This document shows positions 26,031 through 32,996 of a DNA stretch of 64,000 nt, in pieces. The notes below the pieces were generated by a model that ran no database searches, had not been told where the DNA came from, and saw nothing but the letters and a program-made list of their open reading frames with translations. Numbering within the stretch: position 1 is the first letter of the stretch; each line of letters starts with the position of its first letter. Made by a program: the position numbers and the translations under genes. Source of the stretch: a virus (lineage: Duplodnaviria; Caudoviricetes); IMG/VR virus record IMGVR_UViG_3300033076_001357, positions 1 to 64,000 of that record, one strand, 5' to 3'.

Positions 26031-26152
26031 TTGGTGCCTCTCTTTCTGGCGGTACTGCTTCTGTGTATGCCCTCGGTTCCCCGGGCAGGGGTTGCTCTTC
26101 ACGAGCGTGGACTGGAGCGCCGTCTGGCTGGCGGCGCCCCCGTTCTGTAGCC

Positions 26153-26182
26153 AGTATAGCACGTGGTCTTGTGCTAGCGCAA
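26153..26182 (-). promoter_or_regulatory. Promoter P16 (TTGCGC-18-TATACT)
   Basis: Consensus match plus downstream AACGGGGG. Confidence 0.8.
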
Positions 26183-26208
26183 TCCGTGTGCCGACCGGCA
26201 GTGGCCCA

Positions 26209-27075
26209 CTAGGCGGGGGTGATCTCCCCGGTGGACTCATCGACCATGGACCCGTCGAACGGGTTCTGGTGGGTGCGCTCGTAGTAGGTCGTGATCAGCG
26301 GGTCAGCGACAGCCATGGCCCGGCTGTCGTCCGCCTGGACGTACTCGATGATGCGGTCCATGGTGGGGTTGGGGAAGACGGCCGGGAGGGCACCGAACCG
26401 GTCCTTGCCCCGGGCCTTGCCGACGGGGCGGGTGACGGCCACGAACCGGGACCGGTCGTCCTGCGGCCCTTCCTTCTGCTCGGTGTAGCACACGACGTCC
26501 ACGTACCCGACCATGTCCACCGCGAACTTGGGAGTGAGGGCCGGTCGGTAGAACGCCCCGTCGGTGTCGATCTCCCGCTTGGCGAGACAGACGAACACCA
26601 CGTGGCAGTCCAGGTCACGGAACCGACGCGAGATCAGCCGGACCTGCTCGGTCATCTTGCCCCACTCGTCCTGCTCGGCGCTGAACTCGTCGTCCACCAT
26701 GCCGACGGCGGTGCGCTTGACGTGCCGCTTGTGACGGATGTCCTCCATCAGCTTCTTCTGCAGCTCGGTCATGGAGTCGAAAACGACTCCGGCGACCGAC
26801 CCGGGGTCGGAATCGATCATGTCCTTGACGGACCAGTAGAGACGGTCCAGGTCCTCGTAGGAGGTGACCCGGTAGGGCATGATGTTCTCGACCGGGACGC
26901 CCAGCTCGCGAAGGGGCTTGGCCTTCACACCCGATTCGGCGTCGACGTAGATGATCTTGCCGAGCTTGGCCAGGTGGGCGGCGGCGGTGGACTTGCCCGA
27001 CCCGCCTTCACCGTAGTACAGGACGTTGACGAACTCTTCACCCTCGATCTCGGCGAGGGACTTCAACGGGGGCAT
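26209..27075 (-). CDS. AAA_24/Sak4-like ATPase
   Basis: LYYGEGGSGKST; VVFDSMTELQ; DVVCY; KARGKDR. Confidence 0.85.
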   Translation of the reverse strand: MPPLKSLAEIEGEEFVNVLYYGEGGSGKSTAAAHLAKLGKIIYVDAESGVKAKPLRELGVPVENIMPYRVTSYEDLDRLYWSVKDMIDSDPGSVAGVVFDSMTELQKKLMEDIRHKRHVKRTAVGMVDDEFSAEQDEWGKMTEQVRLISRRFRDLDCHVVFVCLAKREIDTDGAFYRPALTPKFAVDMVGYVDVVCYTEQKEGPQDDRSRFVAVTRPVGKARGKDRFGALPAVFPNPTMDRIIEYVQADDSRAMAVADPLITTYYERTHQNPFDGSMVDESTGEITPA

Positions 27076-27143
27076 GCGGTTCCTTCGGGTTGTGTGCGTG
27101 GTGACCTGATGCTGACCGGCGGGCCGAACGGCTCCCGGTAGCG

Positions 27144-27215
27144 TGCCACCAACAGGACTCGAACCTGTGCCTCGGCTGTTTCAGAGCCGCGCTCTACCAA
27201 CTGAGCTATGGTGGC
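27144..27215 (-). tRNA. tRNA-Phe(GAA), no encoded CCA
   Basis: GCCACCA/TGGTGGC acceptor, GCTC/GAGC D arm, CGGCT-CTGAAAC-AGCCG anticodon arm, CAGG-TTCGAGT-CCTG T arm. Confidence 0.92.
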
Positions 27216-27224
27216 GGATGGAAA

Positions 27225-27267
27225 GCGGCAGTTATCGCCGCGCCACTCCGCAAACGATAACTGCCGC
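27225..27267. other. 13-bp perfect hairpin between tRNA-like genes
   Basis: gcggcagttatcg / cgataactgccgc. Confidence 0.7.
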
Positions 27268-27269
27268 AG

Positions 27270-27357
27270 TGTGCCGGACGGGAATCGAACCCGCATCTGT
27301 GAGTGTCTCAGCCAGGTCCTACCTCTGGCTTCACCGTCTTACTTAGACCACCGGCAC
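27270..27357 (-). ncRNA. Atypical tRNA-like RNA (anticodon ambiguous; could be degenerate Leu-TAG)
   Basis: GTGCCGG/CCGGCAC acceptor, GTCT/AGAC D arm, GCGGG-TTCGATT-CCCGT T arm; middle AGCCAG-AGGTAGGAC-CTGGCT lacks a canonical 7-nt U33 loop. Confidence 0.7.
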
Positions 27358-27406
27358 CGCCCGGCTCCTAGGCGCCGGGCCAGGTCGGGTGTGCCTTCCC
27401 GACCAG

Positions 27407-27537
27407 TGAGCGGGGCAGGAATCGAACCTACCTAGGCGGGCTGCCGCCCTATTTGCCTCCAAGGTGAAGGGGAATCGAACCCCACACCCCACCCAGGGGA
27501 ACCCGGAATCGAACCGGATACCTTATCCACTCCGCTC
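27407..27537 (-). ncRNA. tRNA-like RNA with three T-loop hairpins
   Basis: GAGCGG(A)/(C)CCGCTC-A closing stem; GGTTCGATTCC at 27505-27515, 27471-27481, 27418-27428. Confidence 0.6.
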
Positions 27538-27560
27538 TCGCTGTTGAGTTGTTGTGCTAG

Positions 27561-27636
27561 TGGACCCGGCGGGATTCGAACCCGCTACGCGCGCTATCAC
27601 CAGCCGCCGGGTGCACATCCGGCAGACGACGGGCCC
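27561..27636 (-). ncRNA. tRNA-like RNA with acceptor and T arms but a single internal arm
   Basis: GGGCCCG/CGGGTCC-A; GCGGG-TTCGAAT-CCCGC; interior CTGCCGG-ATGTGCAC-CCGGCGG. Confidence 0.65.
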
Positions 27637-27643
27637 AGGAACG

Positions 27644-27808
27644 TTAGTTGGTCTTGACGGGCTTCTTGCACTTACCCCGACCACAGGGGGCCGGGTCGTG
27701 GCGCTGGCCGCACGGCCGGACCTTCCACGCCTTGCCGCTACGGCGCTCGGTGTTGGTGGCGACGGCGACGGCCTTCTTCCCGCCCCCGCCGGAGTTCTTC
27801 TTTGCCAC
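27644..27808 (-). CDS. 54-aa Lys/Arg-rich peptide with C-x3-H-x4-C-x4-C (not in ORF track)
   Basis: AAAGGAG RBS, GTG start; MAKKNSGGGGKKAVAVATNTERRSGKAWKVRPCGQRHDPAPCGRGKCKKPVKTN. Confidence 0.6.
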   Translation of the reverse strand: MAKKNSGGGGKKAVAVATNTERRSGKAWKVRPCGQRHDPAPCGRGKCKKPVKTN

Positions 27809-27846
27809 GTGACGCTCCTTTCTGACGACTGACTGACACCACGGGG

Positions 27847-27970
27847 GGGACGGAGCGGGATTCGAACCCGCATCTGTTGCCAGGGACCGGGACAGCCCAC
27901 CCGAGGAGATCCGCTCCCTTTGTGGGGCCCCTGACGTGCGCTTCCGCTCTACCGTTTGAGCTATCCGTCC
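27847..27970 (-). ncRNA. tRNA-like RNA with canonical acceptor, D and T arms and a ~70-nt structured insert replacing the anticodon arm
   Basis: GGACGGA/TCCGTCC; GCTC-AAACGGTA-GAGC; GCGGG-TTCGAAT-CCCGC; insert closed by GTCAGGG/CCCTGGC. Confidence 0.75.
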
Positions 27971-28029
27971 AACCGGGACGCGACTTCCGCCGCGTCCCTA
28001 GCACCGGGGGGGGCTCGGTGCATACACCT

Positions 28030-28059
28030 ATTGTAGCATAGGACTTGTCTACGGCACAA
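28030..28059 (-). promoter_or_regulatory. Promoter P17 (TTGTGC-18-TACAAT) for the tRNA-like array
   Basis: Consensus match directly upstream of the array. Confidence 0.75.
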
Positions 28060-28366
28060 CCCCCTCTTTGACACGCTGATAACAGCGGTCGCACACCCCC
28101 CCTAGGGGGCACCTGTCGCAGGCGGACAGCCAGCCGTACGTCTGGAGTACGTCCAACGGTGTCCGGGTGTCCTCGGACGCGGTGTCCGGGTGTCCGACGG
28201 TGTCCTCGGACGCGGTGTCCGGGTGTCCGACGGTGTCCGAGACACGTCCGAGGTCGTACAGGGGAGCCACCACCCGGTCCCACAGATCGTCGATGACACG
28301 GTCGGGAACCAGCGATCTGAGAGTTGACCGCAGGTAGGCCCGGGCGTCCTTCCGGGACATCGTCAC
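28049..28366 (-). CDS. Hypothetical protein with DTVGHPDTASE tandem repeat and C-terminal CxxC...CxxC
   Basis: AGGAGG RBS; ~33-bp duplication near 28176-28240. Confidence 0.6.
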   Translation of the reverse strand: MTMSRKDARAYLRSTLRSLVPDRVIDDLWDRVVAPLYDLGRVSDTVGHPDTASEDTVGHPDTASEDTRTPLDVLQTYGWLSACDRCPLGGVCDRCYQRVKEGVVP

Positions 28367-28429
28367 AGCTTCCTCCTTGGTAGATACGGGCGAGCCCTGG
28401 CCGGGCGGGCCAGGGCTCGCGGGTTGGTC

Positions 28430-29416
28430 TCAGTGCCGGGAGAAGTCCTGTTGGAAGCCGGTGTCCAACAGGAACCGGCGCTCTCGTTCCTCGCCGACTT
28501 TTCGTCCGGTAAGGCAGGCTTCGGTGAACGCGCACATCCACCGGCACCGATCGGTGTCCGGATGACGCTGATGATGGTTCGACCTGGAGTACATGGCGCG
28601 CGCGGTGGCCAGAGCCTCCTGAGCGACCGTGTCCAGTTCGCGGTCGGTGCGGTTCAGGTAGGTGCGGGCGAACCTGGCTTCAAGTTCCTGGGGCTTGGGC
28701 TGGACGCCGGGTTTGCCGCCTGCCGACTTGACCTGGTGCCACTCGGCCACCACCTCGGGATAGTCTCCCTTGTTGCGGGTGGTCCTAACCGCGTTGTGGA
28801 TAGCGGCGAATACCGGGCCGCCCAGCTGCCGCATAGCCCACAGGTACAGAGCGAACTGATCGTCCAGGTCCAGCTCACGGTCCTTGGGTAGGTTGGCGCA
28901 GGTCTTGTGGTCGATGAGCATCAGGCGATGGTTGGACCGGTTGCGGACGATCAGGTCAATGCCGCCCTTCAGAACGAACCCGGACAGGCGGCCGGTGGCC
29001 GTGCGCAGCGGTACCTGGAACCTTCGTTCGACATCCACCACTTCCCAGGCAGGGTCGCCCTGCCAGTGGTCGTGGTACCCGGTCAGCATCCACTCGATCA
29101 GGCCGAGTATGTCCGGGTCGATTCCCAGCTGCCGGTAGTCCCGGATCTCGCGCCTGGCGTCCTCAAGGGCCACAGCGCCGCTGGCACCCTGCATGATAGA
29201 CCGGTAGTAGACTTCGATGGTCTTGTGAAACAGGGTGCCCTTGCCCAGGGCCGAGTTGTGAGGGGTGGGCTTGACCCACCGCTCCTTATAGGTCAGCAGG
29301 TGAGCGTGTGGGCACTGGCGGAACTTACTGATCTCCGACCAGCTGATGACGATGGGGGGCACTAGCTTCCCAACGTAGGAGGGTGAGAGGTCAGCCAGGG
29401 GCCGCCTCTCTTTCAC
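28430..29416 (-). CDS. PD-(D/E)XK nuclease (RecB/Cas4-like exonuclease)
   Basis: SWSEI..FRQCP; ERRF; GGIDL; IDHKT; QFALY; C-terminal CRWMCAFTEAC. Confidence 0.88.
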   Translation of the reverse strand: MKERRPLADLSPSYVGKLVPPIVISWSEISKFRQCPHAHLLTYKERWVKPTPHNSALGKGTLFHKTIEVYYRSIMQGASGAVALEDARREIRDYRQLGIDPDILGLIEWMLTGYHDHWQGDPAWEVVDVERRFQVPLRTATGRLSGFVLKGGIDLIVRNRSNHRLMLIDHKTCANLPKDRELDLDDQFALYLWAMRQLGGPVFAAIHNAVRTTRNKGDYPEVVAEWHQVKSAGGKPGVQPKPQELEARFARTYLNRTDRELDTVAQEALATARAMYSRSNHHQRHPDTDRCRWMCAFTEACLTGRKVGEERERRFLLDTGFQQDFSRH

Positions 29417-29421
29417 CTCCT

Positions 29422-29450
29422 ATTTTACCACACTTTTGCGCCTAGGACAA
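29422..29450 (-). promoter_or_regulatory. Promoter P18 (TTGTCC-17-TAAAAT)
   Basis: Consensus match. Confidence 0.65.
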
Positions 29451-29876
29451 GATACCTGCGGCGCGCATCCGGGACTCCATCTTGTTTTTGAGGCTGGGCA
29501 TGGCGGACAGTCGATCCAGCGCCTCAGCGATCGTGAGGGTCTTGTCCCTAACCCCGGCCGCGATCTGGCTGAGCAGCTTGGCGTCGTGCCCGGGAAGGAA
29601 GTTACTGCGGACCGTGGCCCCACACCCACACCCACACGTGCGCGGGCCGCTGCTGGCGCTGGCCGGGGCCGGGGCCGGGGCCGGGGAGACGGAGGGGGCG
29701 TTGACCGCGTCGGCGTGGGCCTGGACGTCCTTGTAGGCCGATGACGGATTGGACGCCGCGCGCCCCCGGTGGCCGCACCGGCACACGGACTGGAACTGGT
29801 TGCCGAGCGTCTGCTCGGGCGGACCCGGGACGTGCTCCAGGTGGGACAGGCTTCCGACTCCGATGAGGTAGCTCAC
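29442..29876 (-). CDS. Protein with CGCGCG...FLPGHDAKL domain
   Basis: AAAGGA RBS; motif shared with 2693..3448. Confidence 0.75.
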   Translation of the reverse strand: MSYLIGVGSLSHLEHVPGPPEQTLGNQFQSVCRCGHRGRAASNPSSAYKDVQAHADAVNAPSVSPAPAPAPASASSGPRTCGCGCGATVRSNFLPGHDAKLLSQIAAGVRDKTLTIAEALDRLSAMPSLKNKMESRMRAAGILS

Positions 29877-29929
29877 GTAACAGTCCTTTCGTGTCCGGGG
29901 CGGCGGGTCCGCCCCGGCGGCGTACTACT

Positions 29930-29959
29930 ATTGTACCAGTACAGTTGCTACTGGGACAA
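29930..29959 (-). promoter_or_regulatory. Promoter P19 (TTGTCC-18-TACAAT)
   Basis: Consensus match. Confidence 0.75.
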
Positions 29960-30523
29960 GCGCCGCCGACGTCCCGGCTGGTACTTCTTTCCCGTCAGGT
30001 TGGACCACCGCTTACCGGTCCAGATGTTGGCCACAGCGCTCTGGCTGACGCCGAACATGTCGGCGAGCTGATAAGAGTCTATGCGGTGCCGGTGGTCGTA
30101 TATGAACAGCACCTCTGTAGGGGTCAGCTTCGTGCGTACGGTCGACCATATCTGGGTGCGATGAATAGGGCTGACGCACAGCCCCTGGCCACAGCTGGGA
30201 ACTGTGACGGCACGCTTGCCGCTGGGAACAAACTCCGGGAACCATTCCTCCATCATCCACCAGTAAGCGGACCGGGTAGCCACCCGGTGGCTTCCTATGG
30301 TCAGGTGATATATGGGGTACGGAAGAGGCCGACCTTCTTTCTCCTTGAATGGACCGGTCCACAGCCAGCACCCGCCCGGGTACCTGTCGACCCAGCCTGC
30401 CCACTTGGCACGGCGGAGACACCGACGCTTGAATGTGTCCTGGTGCTGGTACATACGGCGGGCCGGTGGCTGAGCGATCGTCGCCCAGGCCACCGGCTCC
30501 TCCAGGTCGAACTTCTTAAGCAC
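29948..30523 (-). CDS. HNH homing-endonuclease-like protein with C-terminal HTH, degenerate active site
   Basis: GCWLWTG...HRVA...SCGQGLCVSPIH...KLT...QLADMFGVSQSAV..I..GKRW. Confidence 0.75.
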   Translation of the reverse strand: MLKKFDLEEPVAWATIAQPPARRMYQHQDTFKRRCLRRAKWAGWVDRYPGGCWLWTGPFKEKEGRPLPYPIYHLTIGSHRVATRSAYWWMMEEWFPEFVPSGKRAVTVPSCGQGLCVSPIHRTQIWSTVRTKLTPTEVLFIYDHRHRIDSYQLADMFGVSQSAVANIWTGKRWSNLTGKKYQPGRRRRLSQ

Positions 30524-31435
30524 TTAGGCCCCAAACATCTTACCGAAACATACGTCCCCCGCCGACCGGTCCTTGCTGTCTTCCTTGGTGAGAGTGATAC
30601 CGCAGCGCACGCAGGCCCCGTACAGCTTGCCGAACTGTTTCGCCTGCTCCTTGGTGATCATCATCTCGGGGGTGAGGGTACGGATCGCTCCGTCCTCCTT
30701 GAGGAAGGTGTGGATCCGAACGCTGCCGTTTCGCAGCACGCGGGGTTCATCCAGGATGGTCAGCTTCTTGGCGTACTGTCGGCCGGACCCGTGCACCGCG
30801 TGGATCACCATGTAGATGTTGCCGTCGGGCCGCATGTAGATGCCGTCCTTCAGCGTAGAGCCACCGACGCCGGTGCCGTTGCGGGCGCCCTTGAGCTTGT
30901 CGATCAGCTTGCTGGCCGCCGCGTAGGACAACGTGTCGAGCTTGCTGGGGGTGAGGTTCATCTCGGCGGCCAGCGCGCTGATCAGCTCCAACTGGCGGGG
31001 GCTGGCGGGCTGCTGGTCATCGGGAAGCCGGGGCAGCGCCATCATTCGGGTGATCAGCGCGCTGGCGTTCCCGAACCCGATAAGACCCCCGCCGACGACC
31101 TGGCTCAGGTGACCGGCCAGCTGGGAGCTGAGGCTGGTGACGTCCCGCTCCCTGGCCAGCCGCCGGATCAGGCCGATCTGGGGCTCAGTGGCCGAGCTGT
31201 CGGTGCGAACCGCCGACGACCTCGGCTCCCTGACGGTGAAAGAGGGGGACGGCTCTTCGGCGGCGACAGAAGGAACGACCCTGCCGATGAGGGTCACCAG
31301 CTGCTTGGTGAGACCGATACGGAGCCCGCAGGGGCGGTCTTTGGTGCAGCATTCCCGGTCGTGCACCTTGAGAGCGTCCGTGATGACGTCGCGCTTGTAG
31401 CTGTTGTGCTGGTACTCCGGCGGTATGGTGGCCAT
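30524..31435 (-). CDS. DUF6011-like protein (ATExQ-type repeats, C-terminal zinc ribbon)
   Basis: ATEPQ/ASPRQ repeats; GKLYGACVRCGITLTKEDS...GDVC. Confidence 0.7.
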   Translation of the reverse strand: MATIPPEYQHNSYKRDVITDALKVHDRECCTKDRPCGLRIGLTKQLVTLIGRVVPSVAAEEPSPSFTVREPRSSAVRTDSSATEPQIGLIRRLARERDVTSLSSQLAGHLSQVVGGGLIGFGNASALITRMMALPRLPDDQQPASPRQLELISALAAEMNLTPSKLDTLSYAAASKLIDKLKGARNGTGVGGSTLKDGIYMRPDGNIYMVIHAVHGSGRQYAKKLTILDEPRVLRNGSVRIHTFLKEDGAIRTLTPEMMITKEQAKQFGKLYGACVRCGITLTKEDSKDRSAGDVCFGKMFGA

Positions 31436-31475
31436 CGCCTGGCGTCCCCTCTCTATCCTGTGTTGTATACAACCC

Positions 31476-31505
31476 AGTATACCAGAGCGGTTGCTACCCA
31501 GGCAA
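31476..31505 (-). promoter_or_regulatory. Promoter P20 (TTGCCT-18-TATACT)
   Basis: Consensus match. Confidence 0.75.
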
Positions 31506-31736
31506 GTGGCCGTCGGAGGCGCCGGTGGCGTCCTCTATTACGCGCCTGAGGAGAGTGATGGCCTGATCTATCGGCCCCTGGGACCAGGTCTTGAGGCGGC
31601 TGTCGACGGTGCTCTTGTTCTCAAGCCCCAGCGATATGACGTTGAGGTCCGAAGAAGCCCTCAGCAGCAGCTCCAGCACTACTTCCAGGTCGGTGCGGAT
31701 AGGAAGAGACGCCACTAACTTTCTCCAGTCAGTCAT
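31494..31736 (-). CDS. Hypothetical protein
   Basis: Plausible helical ORF. Confidence 0.55.
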   Translation of the reverse strand: MTDWRKLVASLPIRTDLEVVLELLLRASSDLNVISLGLENKSTVDSRLKTWSQGPIDQAITLLRRVIEDATGASDGHLPG

Positions 31737-31772
31737 GCGAACGGCCCCTCTCGAACAGGGAGAGGGGCCGTC

Positions 31773-31809
31773 GGGGGGGGGGGGGGGGGGCGGGGGGGGG
31801 GGGGGGGGG
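31773..31809. repeat. Poly-G tract (G18-C-G18)
   Basis: Directly visible, next to hairpin 31740-31772. Confidence 0.9.
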
Positions 31810-31810
31810 C

Positions 31811-32137
31811 TCAGGCGGTGATGTAGTCGGACGGGCGGTGGTACCGGTCGGTCAGAACCTGGAACCGGCCGGAGGCGTCCTTGAACTCCTCCGAGTCGTC
31901 CCTGCCGGTGAACTTCCAGGTCCGGTACGGCTTGCTAGGGTTGGACGGGTGGTACAGTCTGACGGTGCCCTCGCCGTGTACATACCCGGTCTCCAGCTCC
32001 ACGCCGGACTGATGGCGCCAGCGACCCGCGTGGACCGAGGCGAACTCGGGAAGCCGTAGAGCTGACCGGAACGCAGCCATGATGGCCTGGACGTTCCGGA
32101 TTCGCCACTCGGCCTCAGGCAGCTTCCTGGTTGTCAC
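31811..32137 (-). CDS. Hypothetical protein
   Basis: GGAG RBS, GTG start VTTRKL. Confidence 0.6.
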   Translation of the reverse strand: MTTRKLPEAEWRIRNVQAIMAAFRSALRLPEFASVHAGRWRHQSGVELETGYVHGEGTVRLYHPSNPSKPYRTWKFTGRDDSEEFKDASGRFQVLTDRYHRPSDYITA

Positions 32138-32393
32138 TGGCGGTCTCCTTGTCGGGGCTGAACACTTCCCGTCGGAGGTACTCACCGAACAGCTGGTGGG
32201 CGTCGGTCGGGGAAGTGTAGATGGTCAGGGCCTCGGCGGCGTCCAACCGGTAGGCCTCGATGATGCGACCGAGCAGCGCCCGGCCGGGCAGTCGCTCTCC
32301 CGACTTCAGCCGGGACGCGGTGGTGAAGTGGCAGCCGACCCTCGCCGCAAATGCGTCGAGAGTAACCGCCGCGCTTGCGGTTTGGTTCGTCAT
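32115..32393 (-). CDS. XRE-like HTH protein, probably leaderless mRNA
   Basis: TLDAFAARVGCHFTTASRLKSGERLP; ATG ~7 nt below -10 of P21. Confidence 0.75.
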   Translation of the reverse strand: MTNQTASAAVTLDAFAARVGCHFTTASRLKSGERLPGRALLGRIIEAYRLDAAEALTIYTSPTDAHQLFGEYLRREVFSPDKETASDNQEAA

Positions 32394-32400
32394 GGTCACA

Positions 32401-32430
32401 AGTATACCACGGAGCTTGTCTCTGGCGCTA
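32401..32430 (-). promoter_or_regulatory. Promoter P21 (TAGCGC-18-TATACT)
   Basis: Consensus spacer and -10. Confidence 0.65.
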
Positions 32431-32441
32431 GTATAGCGGTG

Positions 32442-32480
32442 TGACGCCTGGGGCGTGTGAGACCAGGCCCCAGGCGTCAC
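32442..32480. terminator. Hairpin GTGACGCCTGGGGC...GCCCCAGGCGTCAC ending the late/lysis operon
   Basis: 14-bp inverted repeat after the last lysis-module stop. Confidence 0.7.
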
Positions 32481-32483
32481 GGA

Positions 32484-32990
32484 TCAGTTGTGACGAACCA
32501 GCCAGTTGTGCAGATCGGCGGGGGTGACGTACCGATCCGGCTCGGACGACAAAGAGACGCCCGCCGCGTTGTACGTCTCCGCCACCAGCTGAGAGCAAAT
32601 AACCGCCTGCCGGTGACGGTTCTCCAGTCCGAGCAGACGTCGAAGGAACGGAATGTGGTACGCGGCGATGTCCGGGTAGTCCCAGTAGTCGTAGGGGCGG
32701 CCCTTCATGGCCCAGGCGGCGGCCACGATCGTGACCCGCTGGCCCCGAGACAGACGGACGGACCCGGTGGACCACATCAGGTTTCTACCGTGGTACTCGC
32801 TCAGCGGTTTGACGCGCACGCCCCCGGGCTCAGCTTCCACCAGCTGGCCGTCGCCCAGGTATACGAACGCGTGCTCGTAGTCAGCCAGCGTGTGGCTGAC
32901 CAGCCCCTGGCCCAGCCGGATCAGCAGACCCGTGGGGCCACTGACCCTCACCAGAGCAAAGTCCCCCGGAAGGGGCTCGACGACGGCCAC
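32484..32990 (-). CDS. Permuted papain-like (YiiX/YaeF, NlpC/P60 superfamily) enzyme
   Basis: PGDF; EHAFVYLG; VEAEP; GRPYDY; ICSQLV. Confidence 0.8.
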   Translation of the reverse strand: MAVVEPLPGDFALVRVSGPTGLLIRLGQGLVSHTLADYEHAFVYLGDGQLVEAEPGGVRVKPLSEYHGRNLMWSTGSVRLSRGQRVTIVAAAWAMKGRPYDYWDYPDIAAYHIPFLRRLLGLENRHRQAVICSQLVAETYNAAGVSLSSEPDRYVTPADLHNWLVRHN

Positions 32991-32996
32991 GCCGGG

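Noticed and set aside
27523-27900. 125-aa ORF and other ORFs across the tRNA region
   Set aside because: They overlap the tRNA-like genes and lack an RBS; only the 54-aa frame has a strong RBS
27847-27970. tmRNA or intron-containing tRNA
   Set aside because: No Ala G3:U70 acceptor, it has a D stem, it is too short for a tag ORF or self-splicing intron, and I see no clear BHB motif or anticodon loop on excision
28430-29416. Cas4-like nuclease as part of a CRISPR-Cas system
   Set aside because: No other cas genes or array; the context (AAA ATPase, SSB) fits phage recombination
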